NCBI GenBank assembly: GCA_046538485.1
Contig: JBKHIT010000026.1
Location: 1-61,583 of the forward strand
Length of the DNA stretch: 61,583 nt
Direction of reading: 5' to 3'
DNA from: Candidatus Brocadiia bacterium
GTDB taxonomy: Bacteria; Planctomycetota; Brocadiia; SM23-32
Shown: positions 61,323 through 61,583 of the stretch, piece by piece
Layout: each line of letters begins with the position of its first letter
Numbering within the stretch: position 1 is the stretch's first letter
Program-made: the position numbers and the translations under genes
Notes under the pieces: generated by a model
Databases searched by the model: none
The model's input: the letters and a program-made list of their open reading frames with translations, nothing else
Told to the model about the DNA's origin: nothing

Positions 61323-61458
61323 AAAGATCAGTATACTAACAGGAAGCTGGCTTAAGATCAAATATACTGGGACCCTGAACGGAATATGCTCTGGGGGTCG
61401 TTTTGCTATTTGACAGCCCTGGATTGGTTGTGGGGCCAAAGTTTGTGATCAGACCGCC

Positions 61459-61513
61459 GCACCGCGTTCTGAACTCCAAGCCCACCGGAGCGGTGCTGAA
61501 GTCCAGTGCGCTC
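61459..61513 (-). repeat. Dispersed hairpin element (copy of 45916-45966)
   Basis: GCACCGCGTTCTGAACTCCAAGC...GCTGAAGTCCAGTGCGCTC. Confidence 0.8.
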
Positions 61514-61583
61514 ACTCACCTTCCGTTTAGCGGGTAAGCGGGAGGCCGAGTAATTCGGCCTCCTGCTCCCCGTTGTCGCAGGC

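Noticed and set aside
61537..61567. Hairpin AGCGGGAGGCCGA/TCGGCCTCCTGCT as a terminator
   Set aside because: There is no U-tract on either side and the context is cut by the window edge.

Overview
Bacterial chromosomal window. The polA-coaE-rho order, DUF1559-type prepilins, HEAT/TPR solenoids and a Zn-ribbon/GYF_2 protein suggest Planctomycetota/PVC (inference). It has four blocks. (1) 0.2-4.3 kb: two hypothetical CAZyme-like genes. (2) 4.5-13 kb, minus strand: GHL10-like hydrolase, BatC-like TPR gene, a 6S-like structured RNA behind a near-consensus sigma70 promoter, then polA-coaE-rho. (3) 13.3-36.8 kb, plus strand: a ~23 kb envelope cluster of a gluzincin lipoprotein, a secreted 1110-aa HEAT solenoid, ExbD, two paralogous giant TPR/Ig-repeat proteins (~1000 and ~3350 aa), a membrane-anchored DUF4159 protein with a Lys-rich stalk, a TPR protein, ExbB, a second ExbD and a small TPR protein. 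It has no TonB, TBDT, TolB or Pal and is the best candidate for an undescribed PMF-driven periplasmic machine. (4) 39.4-60.8 kb: a SusC/D-less glycan-utilisation-like locus with a GntR/LacI regulator, two prepilin-like proteins, four intact mosaic paralogues plus one decayed chimeric copy of a DUF6067/GH123-N-like secreted family, and a class II aldolase. Its intergenic spaces hold several palindromic repeat families, including ~280 bp inverted repeats bracketing one paralogue. A three-hairpin candidate sRNA lies at ~61.2-61.3 kb. All family names come from motif recognition, not database searches.
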